From IMG/VR virus record IMGVR_UViG_3300042691_048960: a stretch of DNA of 20,000 nt; one strand, written 5' to 3'. A program made the position numbers and the translations under genes. The stretch's first letter is position 1. Every line of letters begins with the position of its first letter. The stretch comes from an uncultured virus (IMG/VR IMGVR_UViG_3300042691_048960) (lineage: Duplodnaviria > Heunggongvirae > Uroviricota > Caudoviricetes). The notes under the pieces are model-generated. The model saw only the letters and a list, made by a program, of their open reading frames with translations, searched no databases and was not told where the DNA came from. Of this stretch, positions 1-8,267 are shown one piece after another.

Positions 1-28
1 AGGGCAGTAGGTTATCTGGTTAATAAAC

Positions 29-57
29 TTGATGTTTCGCGGATTGCGAAATATAAT
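29..57 (+). promoter_or_regulatory. Sigma70-type promoter for the XRE gene at 109, with a palindromic operator-like spacer
   Basis: -35 TTGATG (29-34), 17-bp spacer, perfect -10 TATAAT (52-57). The spacer is itself the palindrome TTTCGC-GGATT-GCGAAA (35-51). Confidence 0.65.
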
Positions 58-108
58 ACCATAATGCGAATTTATGAGTAAAAAACACAAAATATTACCC
101 AATCCGCT

Positions 109-483
109 ATGATCTCAAAACCACCCCATTCTTTGGACATTATGATCGGTCAACAGCTTCGGCTTCGTCGTAAAATGATGGGTATGAGCCAAGCTGAGGT
201 TGCCAAGCGATGCGGCATCACATTCCAACAAATTCAAAAATATGAAAACGGTGCAAGCAGCCTTAGTGCACGCCGTCTATACGAATTGTCGCAGGTGCTA
301 AAGGTGTCTCCGCTCTATTTTTATGCGCCACTTCAAGAAGAAACGTTGCCAGCTGTAGACGCGCTCACGACACAGGCAATTCATCTGGTGCAGGACTACA
401 GTTCCATCCCCTCTGCGAAGGTGCGTAACGGCATCGCCGCCTTCGTGCGTGAAGTCGCTAAGGAGTCAGGCCGTGGGATATAA
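109..483 (+). CDS. XRE/Cro-C1 family HTH transcriptional regulator
   Basis: 124 aa. The motif IGQQLRLRRKMMGMSQAEVAKRCGITFQQIQKYENG is typical of alphaproteobacterial HTH_3 regulators. Confidence 0.9.
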   Translation: MISKPPHSLDIMIGQQLRLRRKMMGMSQAEVAKRCGITFQQIQKYENGASSLSARRLYELSQVLKVSPLYFYAPLQEETLPAVDALTTQAIHLVQDYSSIPSAKVRNGIAAFVREVAKESGRGI

Positions 484-688
484 ACCTTATGGTGATGAGC
501 CTGTTCGCTCACGTGTTGCGGAATTTTGTGAATGGTTTTTCGCGGTATTTATGACTTTCTCTAGCTGCGTCGGCGGTTGGTTGGTACATTTCGGAATGAG
601 TGCTGTTTGGATGCTCATAATAACATTTGTTGTAGCGATAAGTTCCGCATATCTGCTATCCCTTACTCATTCAAACTCAGATAATTAG
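473..688 (+). CDS. Small membrane protein (about 71 aa, two hydrophobic segments), hypothetical
   Basis: In frame with ORF 449..688. GTG at 473 follows AGGAG (461-465) and overlaps the end of the XRE gene. Hydrophobic stretches are WFFAVFMTFSSCVGGWLVHFG and AVWMLIITFVVAISSAYLLSL. Confidence 0.55.
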   Translation: MGYKPYGDEPVRSRVAEFCEWFFAVFMTFSSCVGGWLVHFGMSAVWMLIITFVVAISSAYLLSLTHSNSDN

Positions 689-700
689 CAAGGATGACAG

Positions 701-2122
701 TTGGTTAGTATTGCAGCAAGTGATTCAACGTCATGGCTACATTGCCACGGGCGGGTATGGCTGGATAAAAATCCGCCAGCTGGAGCCGCGACTGTTACGC
801 CAAGCGAATTTGATCAGCTCATCATCACAATGGGGTTACGACACGAATGGGATATCAAGCGCGAACTGGCGCGACAGTATCAGCTTGTCGAAGCCGTTTC
901 CGAAGAGCACACTCGCGCGCTTATGGAAGCCGGGGCGCAGATCATCTACCAAGGGCAGCTATCCGAAGGCGACATTATCGGCAAACCCGATTTTCTTATC
1001 CGCCATGAATCCGGCCAGTATCAGGCTGCCGATGCGAAGCTGGCGCGAAGCGAGGAAAAAAAGGAAATCCAAATCCAGCTTGGCATTTACCGTAAGCTGC
1101 TGGGCAACGGCCTCAACGCGATAGTGTTCCTCGGCAATGGAAGTGTAACCGAAATTGGCGATGAAGCCGACATTGACGTTGAAAAATTCACACTCAGTAT
1201 GCGGGAATTGCTTGCACAAAAAACCATGCCGCAGGTTCGCTACAGCGAAAGCAAATGCCGAGCCTGCAACTATTACGACCACTGCAAAGCCTCGTTCATA
1301 GCCAAAGGCGAATTGACGTTGCTTTATGGCATTGATTCACGCGCTGCGCCTGAATTGGAAAAACAGGGAATCGATACGATTAGGAAACTGGCCGAAGCCG
1401 ACCCCGCCAAAATTGAAGACGTGCCATACCTAAAAGGCTATGAGAAGCGTTACAGAGCCGTTTTACAAGCCAAGTCTTACTTCGATGACAGTATCCACCA
1501 GTTGAAGCCTATAACACTTCCTAATGGCACGTGGATTCATTTTGACGTTGAGGCAAACCCGCTGGCAGAATCCGGTGATGATAACGTTTACCTTTGGGGG
1601 CTTTTGAAGCCACCCTATAACGGTCAAGCATTCGATTACATCTGGGCGGATTCGGAAAAACAAGACCGTGAAGGCTGGGAAGCGTTCTTGACGAAAATCG
1701 CTGAATACCGCGCACAATATCCTGACCTGGTTCTGGCACATTTCTCTGGTTACGAGGTGCAGAAAATCAGAGCCTATGCGGAACGCTACAGTATGCAGGC
1801 GCATCCGATCGTCGAATGGTTGCTTGGCGATAACACGCCGCTCTTTGACCTGCTGGAGACGGTTAGGGATTGCCTCGTATTGCCGGTGGCGAGCTACGGC
1901 CTGAAATATATCTGCAAACATCCGAAGCTGGTAAATTTCCAATGGGATGATACGGATTCAGGTTCGCAGTGGTCAGTCGTGCAATATGTGAATTACCTTG
2001 GCGAACTGCGCCCTGATGACCGCGAACGGCTTAAGCGCAATATCCTGACCTACAATTTTGATGACGTGGTGGGTACGCGCAAGCTAGAGGAATGGCTGCG
2101 CGCGTTGCCGCCTATGCAATAG
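701..2122 (+). CDS. TM0106-family RecB-like nuclease (PD-(D/E)xK domain, Cys cluster, HhH, C-terminal RNase H-like domain)
   Basis: 473 aa, TTG start after AAGGA. Nuclease motif GKPDFL...DAKLA; CRACNYYDHC plus an N-terminal Cys; HhH-like LLYGIDSRAAPELEKQGI; RNase H-like acidic motifs HFDVEA...SYGLK...YNFDDV. Confidence 0.8.
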   Translation: MVSIAASDSTSWLHCHGRVWLDKNPPAGAATVTPSEFDQLIITMGLRHEWDIKRELARQYQLVEAVSEEHTRALMEAGAQIIYQGQLSEGDIIGKPDFLIRHESGQYQAADAKLARSEEKKEIQIQLGIYRKLLGNGLNAIVFLGNGSVTEIGDEADIDVEKFTLSMRELLAQKTMPQVRYSESKCRACNYYDHCKASFIAKGELTLLYGIDSRAAPELEKQGIDTIRKLAEADPAKIEDVPYLKGYEKRYRAVLQAKSYFDDSIHQLKPITLPNGTWIHFDVEANPLAESGDDNVYLWGLLKPPYNGQAFDYIWADSEKQDREGWEAFLTKIAEYRAQYPDLVLAHFSGYEVQKIRAYAERYSMQAHPIVEWLLGDNTPLFDLLETVRDCLVLPVASYGLKYICKHPKLVNFQWDDTDSGSQWSVVQYVNYLGELRPDDRERLKRNILTYNFDDVVGTRKLEEWLRALPPMQ

Positions 2123-3971
2123 GCTCCGGCGCGGGAATGAAACCAGCCCTGCCGAGGGCAGTATCTTTCGTGAATGGGATATAGTTCATCTTGCTCGTCA
2201 CCGCTGCCGGCGGATCGTCGTTCTCTAAAACGATGACTTGCATACCTTGCGGCAAATCGCAGAGTTTCGCGTAAAATTTTTCCTTCATATCGTCTGTAAT
2301 GGCTTCATCCTTTGCCACGTTCTTGTCAGCGCCACGATATGTTACCAACGGAGAATCCAAAACAACGAAGCCTGGATGCGGCATTTTTTTGCTTACGCAG
2401 AATTCCATTAACGAAATTATGAATGCAGCGTGAGTAATGGCTCTATAACCTTTGCCCTGTTCGGCACGGTTTTTATCCCCAATGATAATATCCTGATTCA
2501 CTTCGCTAAAGGCAACGCGCCCTAAGTTCGGATATGACCAGTCAGTAAGTGTTTTCTCGATTATTTTCATTAGCTCGCCGGCTTCTGCCGCTTGTAAGCC
2601 GGTTAAGACAGGCGCAGTTTTAGGCGGGTTTTTCAGGTCTTTCTCTGCGGTGACTTTCAGATCTTCCATCACCTTGATTTGCTCCATCGTGCCAATCATT
2701 ATTTCGACATTCTTTTTCGTTTCAAAAAGCTGTCGCAGATTGTTCCTTAGCACCGAGAGCTGCGGCTCTAGCTGCTTACCCACAACGCTGTCGATGCGCT
2801 TATATTCCTTTTCATTCAACTCCTTGAGCTTCGTGAAATCGTTGAGTTCGCTGCTGACTTGGGTAATCGTTTTGGCGAGGTCATTCTTTTGTGAGTTGAT
2901 TTTCTTTTTCTCGCGCTCGCATGATGCTTTGATTTCAGAAATTTCTTTCTCGCTTATAACGCATTCCGGCTGATGATGCGCAGGCTCGGAACCGCATACA
3001 GGGCAATTCACATCGTTTGAAAGGCTAAGGCCGTTACCCGTTTCTATGATAGCGTCCAGCCTATCCAAATCGGTTTGATAGTGTTGCGCCAGCAATGTAA
3101 AGCGGCTCAAAATTTCGGTTAGCTGGTCGATTTTTGACTCTGCGCCAATAGCCGTATCGTATGCAGCTTTACGTTCCTCGCGCAAATCTTCCATGTCTTT
3201 TTGGTTCTGGAATATCTTGTTGGTATCGCCTTCGATGGTCAGACTCAATTTTTCCAGTTGATCTTCCAGCTCTTCCTTTGTGGTATCTTTTTTAACATCC
3301 ATGCCACCGATGAGTTGCTGCAAAAGATTGATGCGCGCCGTAGCGTCTGCTTTACGAATTTCTGGCCGCTGCTGGACGATGATTCCGCTATAGTCGATGC
3401 CCGTTAGCATGAAGCGGAATAGTGCCTTTTCCTGCGTTTTGTCAGTATAAGGCCCAGTATAAATAGGCGACACATTTTCCTGAATCTTAATCTCATTTAC
3501 CAAGAGAAGATTGCGCAAAATATTAAACGTCAGACTGACCGTTTCATTATGGTCATTTCGCTTTAGCCTCTTCTCTGTAAGCCCAACCAAATCCAAAAGA
3601 AAATGTGAAATATTCTCTTTTTTGGCGTTTGCCGAGCCGTATAGGACCGTACTTTCAGTTTCTGCCGTGATGCTCTCAAAGTCAGCTTTGTAAACCTTCA
3701 TGTCGTGTGAAAGCACACTGCGTTCGAGAGTGAAATCAACGTCACCCGCTGTGACTGTCAGAAAAAGATTTGTGTATCCCTTTGCTTCCGGCGGGTCTTT
3801 TGGCGGATTCGTGCCACCCAATATGTAATTCAAGCACTCAAAAATCAGCGTTTTGCCCGTATCGGATGGGCCGGATATAACGTTAAAGCCCGGTCGGAAA
3901 TCAACAACCGCAGGCTTCTTTTCTGGTATATCGCTCGTGAAAACGAGCTTTTTTAATGTCAGCCTGTTCAT
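2112..3971 (-). CDS. ABC-three-component / Lamassu-type SMC-like (Rad50-like) ABC ATPase, LmuB-like
   Basis: 619 aa. Walker A GPSDTGKT near the N-terminus, long coiled coil with central CPVC zinc hook, signature-like GKGYRA, Walker B FVVLDSP. Confidence 0.85.
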   Translation of the reverse strand: MNRLTLKKLVFTSDIPEKKPAVVDFRPGFNVISGPSDTGKTLIFECLNYILGGTNPPKDPPEAKGYTNLFLTVTAGDVDFTLERSVLSHDMKVYKADFESITAETESTVLYGSANAKKENISHFLLDLVGLTEKRLKRNDHNETVSLTFNILRNLLLVNEIKIQENVSPIYTGPYTDKTQEKALFRFMLTGIDYSGIIVQQRPEIRKADATARINLLQQLIGGMDVKKDTTKEELEDQLEKLSLTIEGDTNKIFQNQKDMEDLREERKAAYDTAIGAESKIDQLTEILSRFTLLAQHYQTDLDRLDAIIETGNGLSLSNDVNCPVCGSEPAHHQPECVISEKEISEIKASCEREKKKINSQKNDLAKTITQVSSELNDFTKLKELNEKEYKRIDSVVGKQLEPQLSVLRNNLRQLFETKKNVEIMIGTMEQIKVMEDLKVTAEKDLKNPPKTAPVLTGLQAAEAGELMKIIEKTLTDWSYPNLGRVAFSEVNQDIIIGDKNRAEQGKGYRAITHAAFIISLMEFCVSKKMPHPGFVVLDSPLVTYRGADKNVAKDEAITDDMKEKFYAKLCDLPQGMQVIVLENDDPPAAVTSKMNYIPFTKDTALGRAGFIPAPEPIA

Positions 3972-4468
3972 ATTGTTCCGTGCTTTAATAATGCTTCTCT
4001 CTCGAATTCACCGCCCCATCTATCAAGATTCTCCTGAAAGAACTTATCGAGCTGTTTATCCGTGTAATCATCGAACACACTGATCACCCACGCAGCACGT
4101 TCCTTGAGCAAGCCAACATAGCGTGATTCCAGTCCATCCATGAACGGTGTGGCATTATCCGACGCCTGATAAACAATACCCGTTTTATCATACTCCCTGA
4201 TGACAAGTTTTCTACTCATCATTAAAAGCAGCCCCTGTTCCAAAATATGACGCTTCACCAGCACTTCACCAGAGCGATGCGGAGTAGCAGGATGGATACT
4301 TTCAGGACCACCAGCATCACCGGAATGCACCAGCAGATAATCGTAAAACACCAAACGTTGTAGGTCGTAATCGCGGGGGAAGGCGTGCTCCAATATAACA
4401 AGTGAGCGTAGGCCGCACTCAATGGCACTATTAAAAGGATGGACGGATTTAACTTTCTTGACTGCCAT
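3968..4468 (-). CDS. ABC-three-component middle component (MC2-like; LmuC position)
   Basis: 166 aa. PFNSAIECGLRSLVIL...LQRLVFYDYLLVHSGD...GPESIHP...RSGE matches my recollection of the ABC-3C MC2 pattern. It lies between effector and ATPase, with a 4-bp overlap to the ATPase. Confidence 0.8.
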   Translation of the reverse strand: MAVKKVKSVHPFNSAIECGLRSLVILEHAFPRDYDLQRLVFYDYLLVHSGDAGGPESIHPATPHRSGEVLVKRHILEQGLLLMMSRKLVIREYDKTGIVYQASDNATPFMDGLESRYVGLLKERAAWVISVFDDYTDKQLDKFFQENLDRWGGEFEREALLKHGTI

Positions 4469-5549
4469 TTGCCCACGATACTTTATTGTTATTGGCGAGT
4501 TGATGACAAATACCAGCTCGATCTCTTGTTTCTAATCTTTCTTTTAGCGGATGTGAATCAATCTGTATTTTGTACGCTTCTTGCACCGCATTTTTTACGC
4601 GTTCAAGGCCGTGACTATGTTCAGAAAGTATTATGTTTTCAATGCCAGTAAAAATCTCATCCTGCAATCGCTCAAACTCTCCCGCTTCCAAATAGTCTCT
4701 TGAAAATTTGTGTAACGATTCAGCGCAATAAAAATGAATGCGGGCATCTCGCAGGTGCTTCTTCAATCCCAAATTTGCATCCACATCACTCATGTTACAG
4801 GTGTCTTTCTGCAAAAATTCAGCATAAGCATCAAAGAGCTTTTGAATATAAACCGCTTCGATCTCAGCATGGTCATCTGGCGGAACTTCATTAGTAGGAC
4901 GCAAAGGCAAGCCGCCGCCGAACCGATGATGATAGTATGGCGTTTTACGGTGAATTTCGAGCATTTGCAAAACCGTTTTGTCCTTCACGATTGAAAAATC
5001 AAACGCCTCAACATATGCCTTTAATTCACCAGTCAGCGGAATTTTTTTAGTAGAGGTGATTGCGTTCTCGCAGTGCTTCTTCCATGCTTTGATGAGCTGT
5101 TTCCTGAGCTCGTCGGGCTTGCCCCCGCGCAGTAGTTTTGACAGCGCAGTGCCGATGCCCAGAGGGGCAACAAAATAATAGTTCTCCGGCACAGAGTATT
5201 CTTTGATGAACGTGTAATAGCAGAGCTTTCCTAACTCAAGCCATACATCGGTCGGGTACAGCGCGTTCTTATAATGCTTACACTGATAATTGTCCCAGCC
5301 TCCTGCAAAGCCCTTATCAGTTTTGAATGCCGCAATATCTATACCTTGATCACCCGCACCACCAGCACGGCTGACGGAGTGATATTCTTTCTTTAAGCTA
5401 TGGGTACATTCCTCCGTATATTGCTCCCACTCCTTATCGTCGTAGAGCTGGATAATTCTTTGCGGCAGGATATTTTGCCCGTTTTTTACCACGTCGCTAT
5501 AGGTCGGTGGCACAGCTGGAATGTCAATATCTTTAAGCTCAATTACCAT
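4449..5549 (-). CDS. ABC-three-component / Lamassu effector (LmuA-like): N-terminal Mrr-like restriction endonuclease fold plus C-terminal ABC-3C domain (CTD6-like)
   Basis: 366 aa. WEQY...GAGDQGIDI...NYQCKHY is a PD-(D/E)xK variant with D..QxK. The C-terminus ends in AGICHQLANNNKVSW. It overlaps the middle-component gene by 20 bp. Confidence 0.8.
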   Translation of the reverse strand: MVIELKDIDIPAVPPTYSDVVKNGQNILPQRIIQLYDDKEWEQYTEECTHSLKKEYHSVSRAGGAGDQGIDIAAFKTDKGFAGGWDNYQCKHYKNALYPTDVWLELGKLCYYTFIKEYSVPENYYFVAPLGIGTALSKLLRGGKPDELRKQLIKAWKKHCENAITSTKKIPLTGELKAYVEAFDFSIVKDKTVLQMLEIHRKTPYYHHRFGGGLPLRPTNEVPPDDHAEIEAVYIQKLFDAYAEFLQKDTCNMSDVDANLGLKKHLRDARIHFYCAESLHKFSRDYLEAGEFERLQDEIFTGIENIILSEHSHGLERVKNAVQEAYKIQIDSHPLKERLETRDRAGICHQLANNNKVSWANGSQES

Positions 5550-5552
5550 GCT

Positions 5553-8264
5553 CTATTTCCCAAACCTCGAAAGAATCCCAGCTAACGTCGCACTTGGCTT
5601 GATCTCGGTGTGAGGGATAAGCACATAGCGCCACGGCTTTCCGCCATGCTGTAGCTCATGTTCCGTTGCAGCCTCACACCAGCGGATAGCAGCTGCGGCT
5701 TTTTCCTTCACTTCTTCGGATTCCACATCTCGTTCGGCTTTAGGCTCACAGATCAGCTTTTCCGTTTTTGTTTCCACCACAAAGTCAGGCTCGTAGGTGT
5801 TTTCACTCGTGTAGAAGATTTTGAAATCTTCGCGCGCGGGCTTAAACCATTTGAGCACTGCGTCCTCATCTTCCAGCATCACAGCGAATTGCCGCTCAGT
5901 GTCGGAGTGGAATTTCTGGATAGGGTATAGGCATTTGCGATAGCCCTGGAAAAGCATCCCACGGATCATCGAGCGTTCATCGACATTATTGCGGAAATAG
6001 CGGGCTTTCTCACCTGCATCATAGGAAACGCTGGCAATCTTCGGACGCTCAAAACCGCGCACTACGGTCACTTCAAACTCTGTCACTCCACGGCGGAAAT
6101 GTGCCTGCATCTGAGCATGAACAACGTTTGCAAGCTCCTTGCGGAAGTATTGCAGGACGTTCAGCACATCATCAGCTTCGGTCAGGTATGAGCGCAGATA
6201 GGCAACCATCTGGCCGGCGAGGTCATATAGCACATCCGCATGGTCATCATACGAGATGTCATCAAAATCCATGAGCGCCGATACGATATAGTTTTCTGGG
6301 CGTTCCTCATCGAAAATGACGTAATCGCTTTGCAACTGCTCACGCTTCGATGTGCGCAGGTGCTGAATCAGAATCTGTTGCTCAACAGGGTTGAAGCGGC
6401 CAATCCCTGCGGTATCCAGCTTGAAGTGCTCAAACGTATAGTTTTTTGAGCCTTTCGGGGTCAGGATGATGCGCGGAATATCAATCGTGTTCTGGATAAA
6501 CGCATCGGTAACTTTTTTCACCAATTCCGCTACGTTCGGCTTTTCAATGATTCCAGTAAGCTCCGCTTGTGCAGGCGCAATGCGTTCTTCTACTTGACGG
6601 ATGATTTCCTGCTGGATTTTTTCTTCGCTCAAATTGCGGGAAGTTGGCAAGCGCTCAAAGGTTTTGATGGCTTCCATCGTGAACTTGGCGACTTCCTTTT
6701 CCGCTTCGTTTAGTACCAATGGCTGCTGAACAGGACGCGCTGGTGCAGCACCAGAGGTCGATGGTTCAAAGAAGTCATCGGGCATGGATGCGGTAGCCTG
6801 GTTGCCCAGAATGGCATCAAGGTTAGAGCGTATCTCAACGGCTTTCTTCGGAGTCAGACTAATATCGCGGCCGATGACGATGCCAGTGCGGATAATCGAG
6901 TGCTTCTCGTTGGATTCCTTAATGATTTCATCGAAGCGGTCATGCGCCACGATGGTCAGGCGATCTACCGCTGATACACCTGTGCGCTTGCCATAAGGCA
7001 GACGCAAACCGCGCCCGATAGATTGCTCCACCAGCGTGCGTGAGTTGGCGGCGCGCAGCGGCACAATCGTGTAAAGGTTGGTTACGTCCCAACCTTCTTT
7101 CAGCATATTCACGTGTACGACGATTTCCGTTGGTTCGTTCGGATCTTCCACCGCAAGCAAGCGCTGCACGGTTTCGTCCTTTTCCTCGCCTGATTGCGCT
7201 GAATGCACCGTAATTACACGGTCACGGTATCTGCCTTGGAAGAAGTCATCGCTCTTAATCATCTCGACGATTTTGCCGGCATGGGTAGTGTCCTGTGCCA
7301 CAACCAGCATAAACGGCTTCACATAAGGCTTATCGTTATTGTCGGCATAGACTTTCAGCTCAGTTTTCACCGTTTCATGAATGCGGATGCCATCTTCCAG
7401 CTTGAGCTGTTCCAGCTGATCTTCTGTATAATTCGCAGCGTTGAAGTTTTCCCGCGTTGCAACGGCTGGCTCTTTCACATAGCCATCTTCCATAGCACGA
7501 TATAGCGGGTAGCTATAAATCACGTTCTTAAACGGTATCGCTTTCTTGCCTTGCTCCACCTGCGGCGTAGCGGTGAGTTCCAGCCCCAGCACAGGTTTGA
7601 GTTCATTCAGAGCACGGATGCCCGCGCTGGCGCGATAGCGGTGCGATTCATCCATAAGCAGCACCAAATCTTCCAACTTGGAAAGATAGTCAAAATAGCT
7701 CTCACCGATATATTCTGACAGCTTGCGGATGCGGGGCGTGTTGCCACCACGGACTTCGCTGTTAATTTTCGAGATGTTGAAAATGTTGATATGAATCGTT
7801 TCTGCCTGTCCCAAAAGGTCGGTGCCGCGCACACCGCGTCCTGTTTCATAGTTGTCGCCAGTGATGATTTCAGGCGGGTTCAGCACAAACTCTGAAATGC
7901 CCTGAAACACATATTTGCGCGTGTTCGGTGTGAAGTCCTCGATCAGCTTATTGTAAATGGTCAGGTTCGGCGCCAGCACGAAGAAATGCTTGATGCCCTT
8001 GGCGAGGTGCAGGTAGCTGATAAATGCACCCATAAGGCGGGTTTTACCCACACCAGTGGCAAGCGCAAAGCACATAGATGGAAACTCACGTTCAAATTCC
8101 TCGACGGTTGGAAACTCAGACTTGATGATTTCCAAATCCTGCTCAAGAGTGCGCTCCTTATTCAGCGGGATGATTTCCGAGATGCGCGACAGGATTTCCA
8201 GCGATTCACGCTGCGGCGTGCGTAAGCTGAGGCGGTTGCTGATTGTGTTAATGTGTTTGTTCAT
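5553..8264 (-). CDS. res: Type III restriction-modification restriction subunit (SF2 helicase plus C-terminal endonuclease)
   Basis: 903 aa. ATGVGKT (motif I), DESH (II), LTATP (III), MLKEGWD, EQSIGRGLR (VI) and C-terminal YEPDFVV...ICEPK nuclease motif. Starts 3 bp after mod ends. Confidence 0.9.
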   Translation of the reverse strand: MNKHINTISNRLSLRTPQRESLEILSRISEIIPLNKERTLEQDLEIIKSEFPTVEEFEREFPSMCFALATGVGKTRLMGAFISYLHLAKGIKHFFVLAPNLTIYNKLIEDFTPNTRKYVFQGISEFVLNPPEIITGDNYETGRGVRGTDLLGQAETIHINIFNISKINSEVRGGNTPRIRKLSEYIGESYFDYLSKLEDLVLLMDESHRYRASAGIRALNELKPVLGLELTATPQVEQGKKAIPFKNVIYSYPLYRAMEDGYVKEPAVATRENFNAANYTEDQLEQLKLEDGIRIHETVKTELKVYADNNDKPYVKPFMLVVAQDTTHAGKIVEMIKSDDFFQGRYRDRVITVHSAQSGEEKDETVQRLLAVEDPNEPTEIVVHVNMLKEGWDVTNLYTIVPLRAANSRTLVEQSIGRGLRLPYGKRTGVSAVDRLTIVAHDRFDEIIKESNEKHSIIRTGIVIGRDISLTPKKAVEIRSNLDAILGNQATASMPDDFFEPSTSGAAPARPVQQPLVLNEAEKEVAKFTMEAIKTFERLPTSRNLSEEKIQQEIIRQVEERIAPAQAELTGIIEKPNVAELVKKVTDAFIQNTIDIPRIILTPKGSKNYTFEHFKLDTAGIGRFNPVEQQILIQHLRTSKREQLQSDYVIFDEERPENYIVSALMDFDDISYDDHADVLYDLAGQMVAYLRSYLTEADDVLNVLQYFRKELANVVHAQMQAHFRRGVTEFEVTVVRGFERPKIASVSYDAGEKARYFRNNVDERSMIRGMLFQGYRKCLYPIQKFHSDTERQFAVMLEDEDAVLKWFKPAREDFKIFYTSENTYEPDFVVETKTEKLICEPKAERDVESEEVKEKAAAAIRWCEAATEHELQHGGKPWRYVLIPHTEIKPSATLAGILSRFGK

Positions 8265-8267
8265 AAA

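Noticed and set aside
701..2122. Cas4 / CRISPR adaptation gene
   Set aside because: The Cys cluster is Cas4-like, but the length and extra HhH and RNase H-like domains fit TM0106. No cas genes or repeat-spacer array are visible in the window.
2112..5549. Wadjet (JetABCD) or SbcCD/RecN repair locus
   Set aside because: Only three genes, with no Toprim JetD and no SbcD phosphoesterase. The ATPase is short and has an MC2-like partner, which fits ABC-3C/Lamassu.
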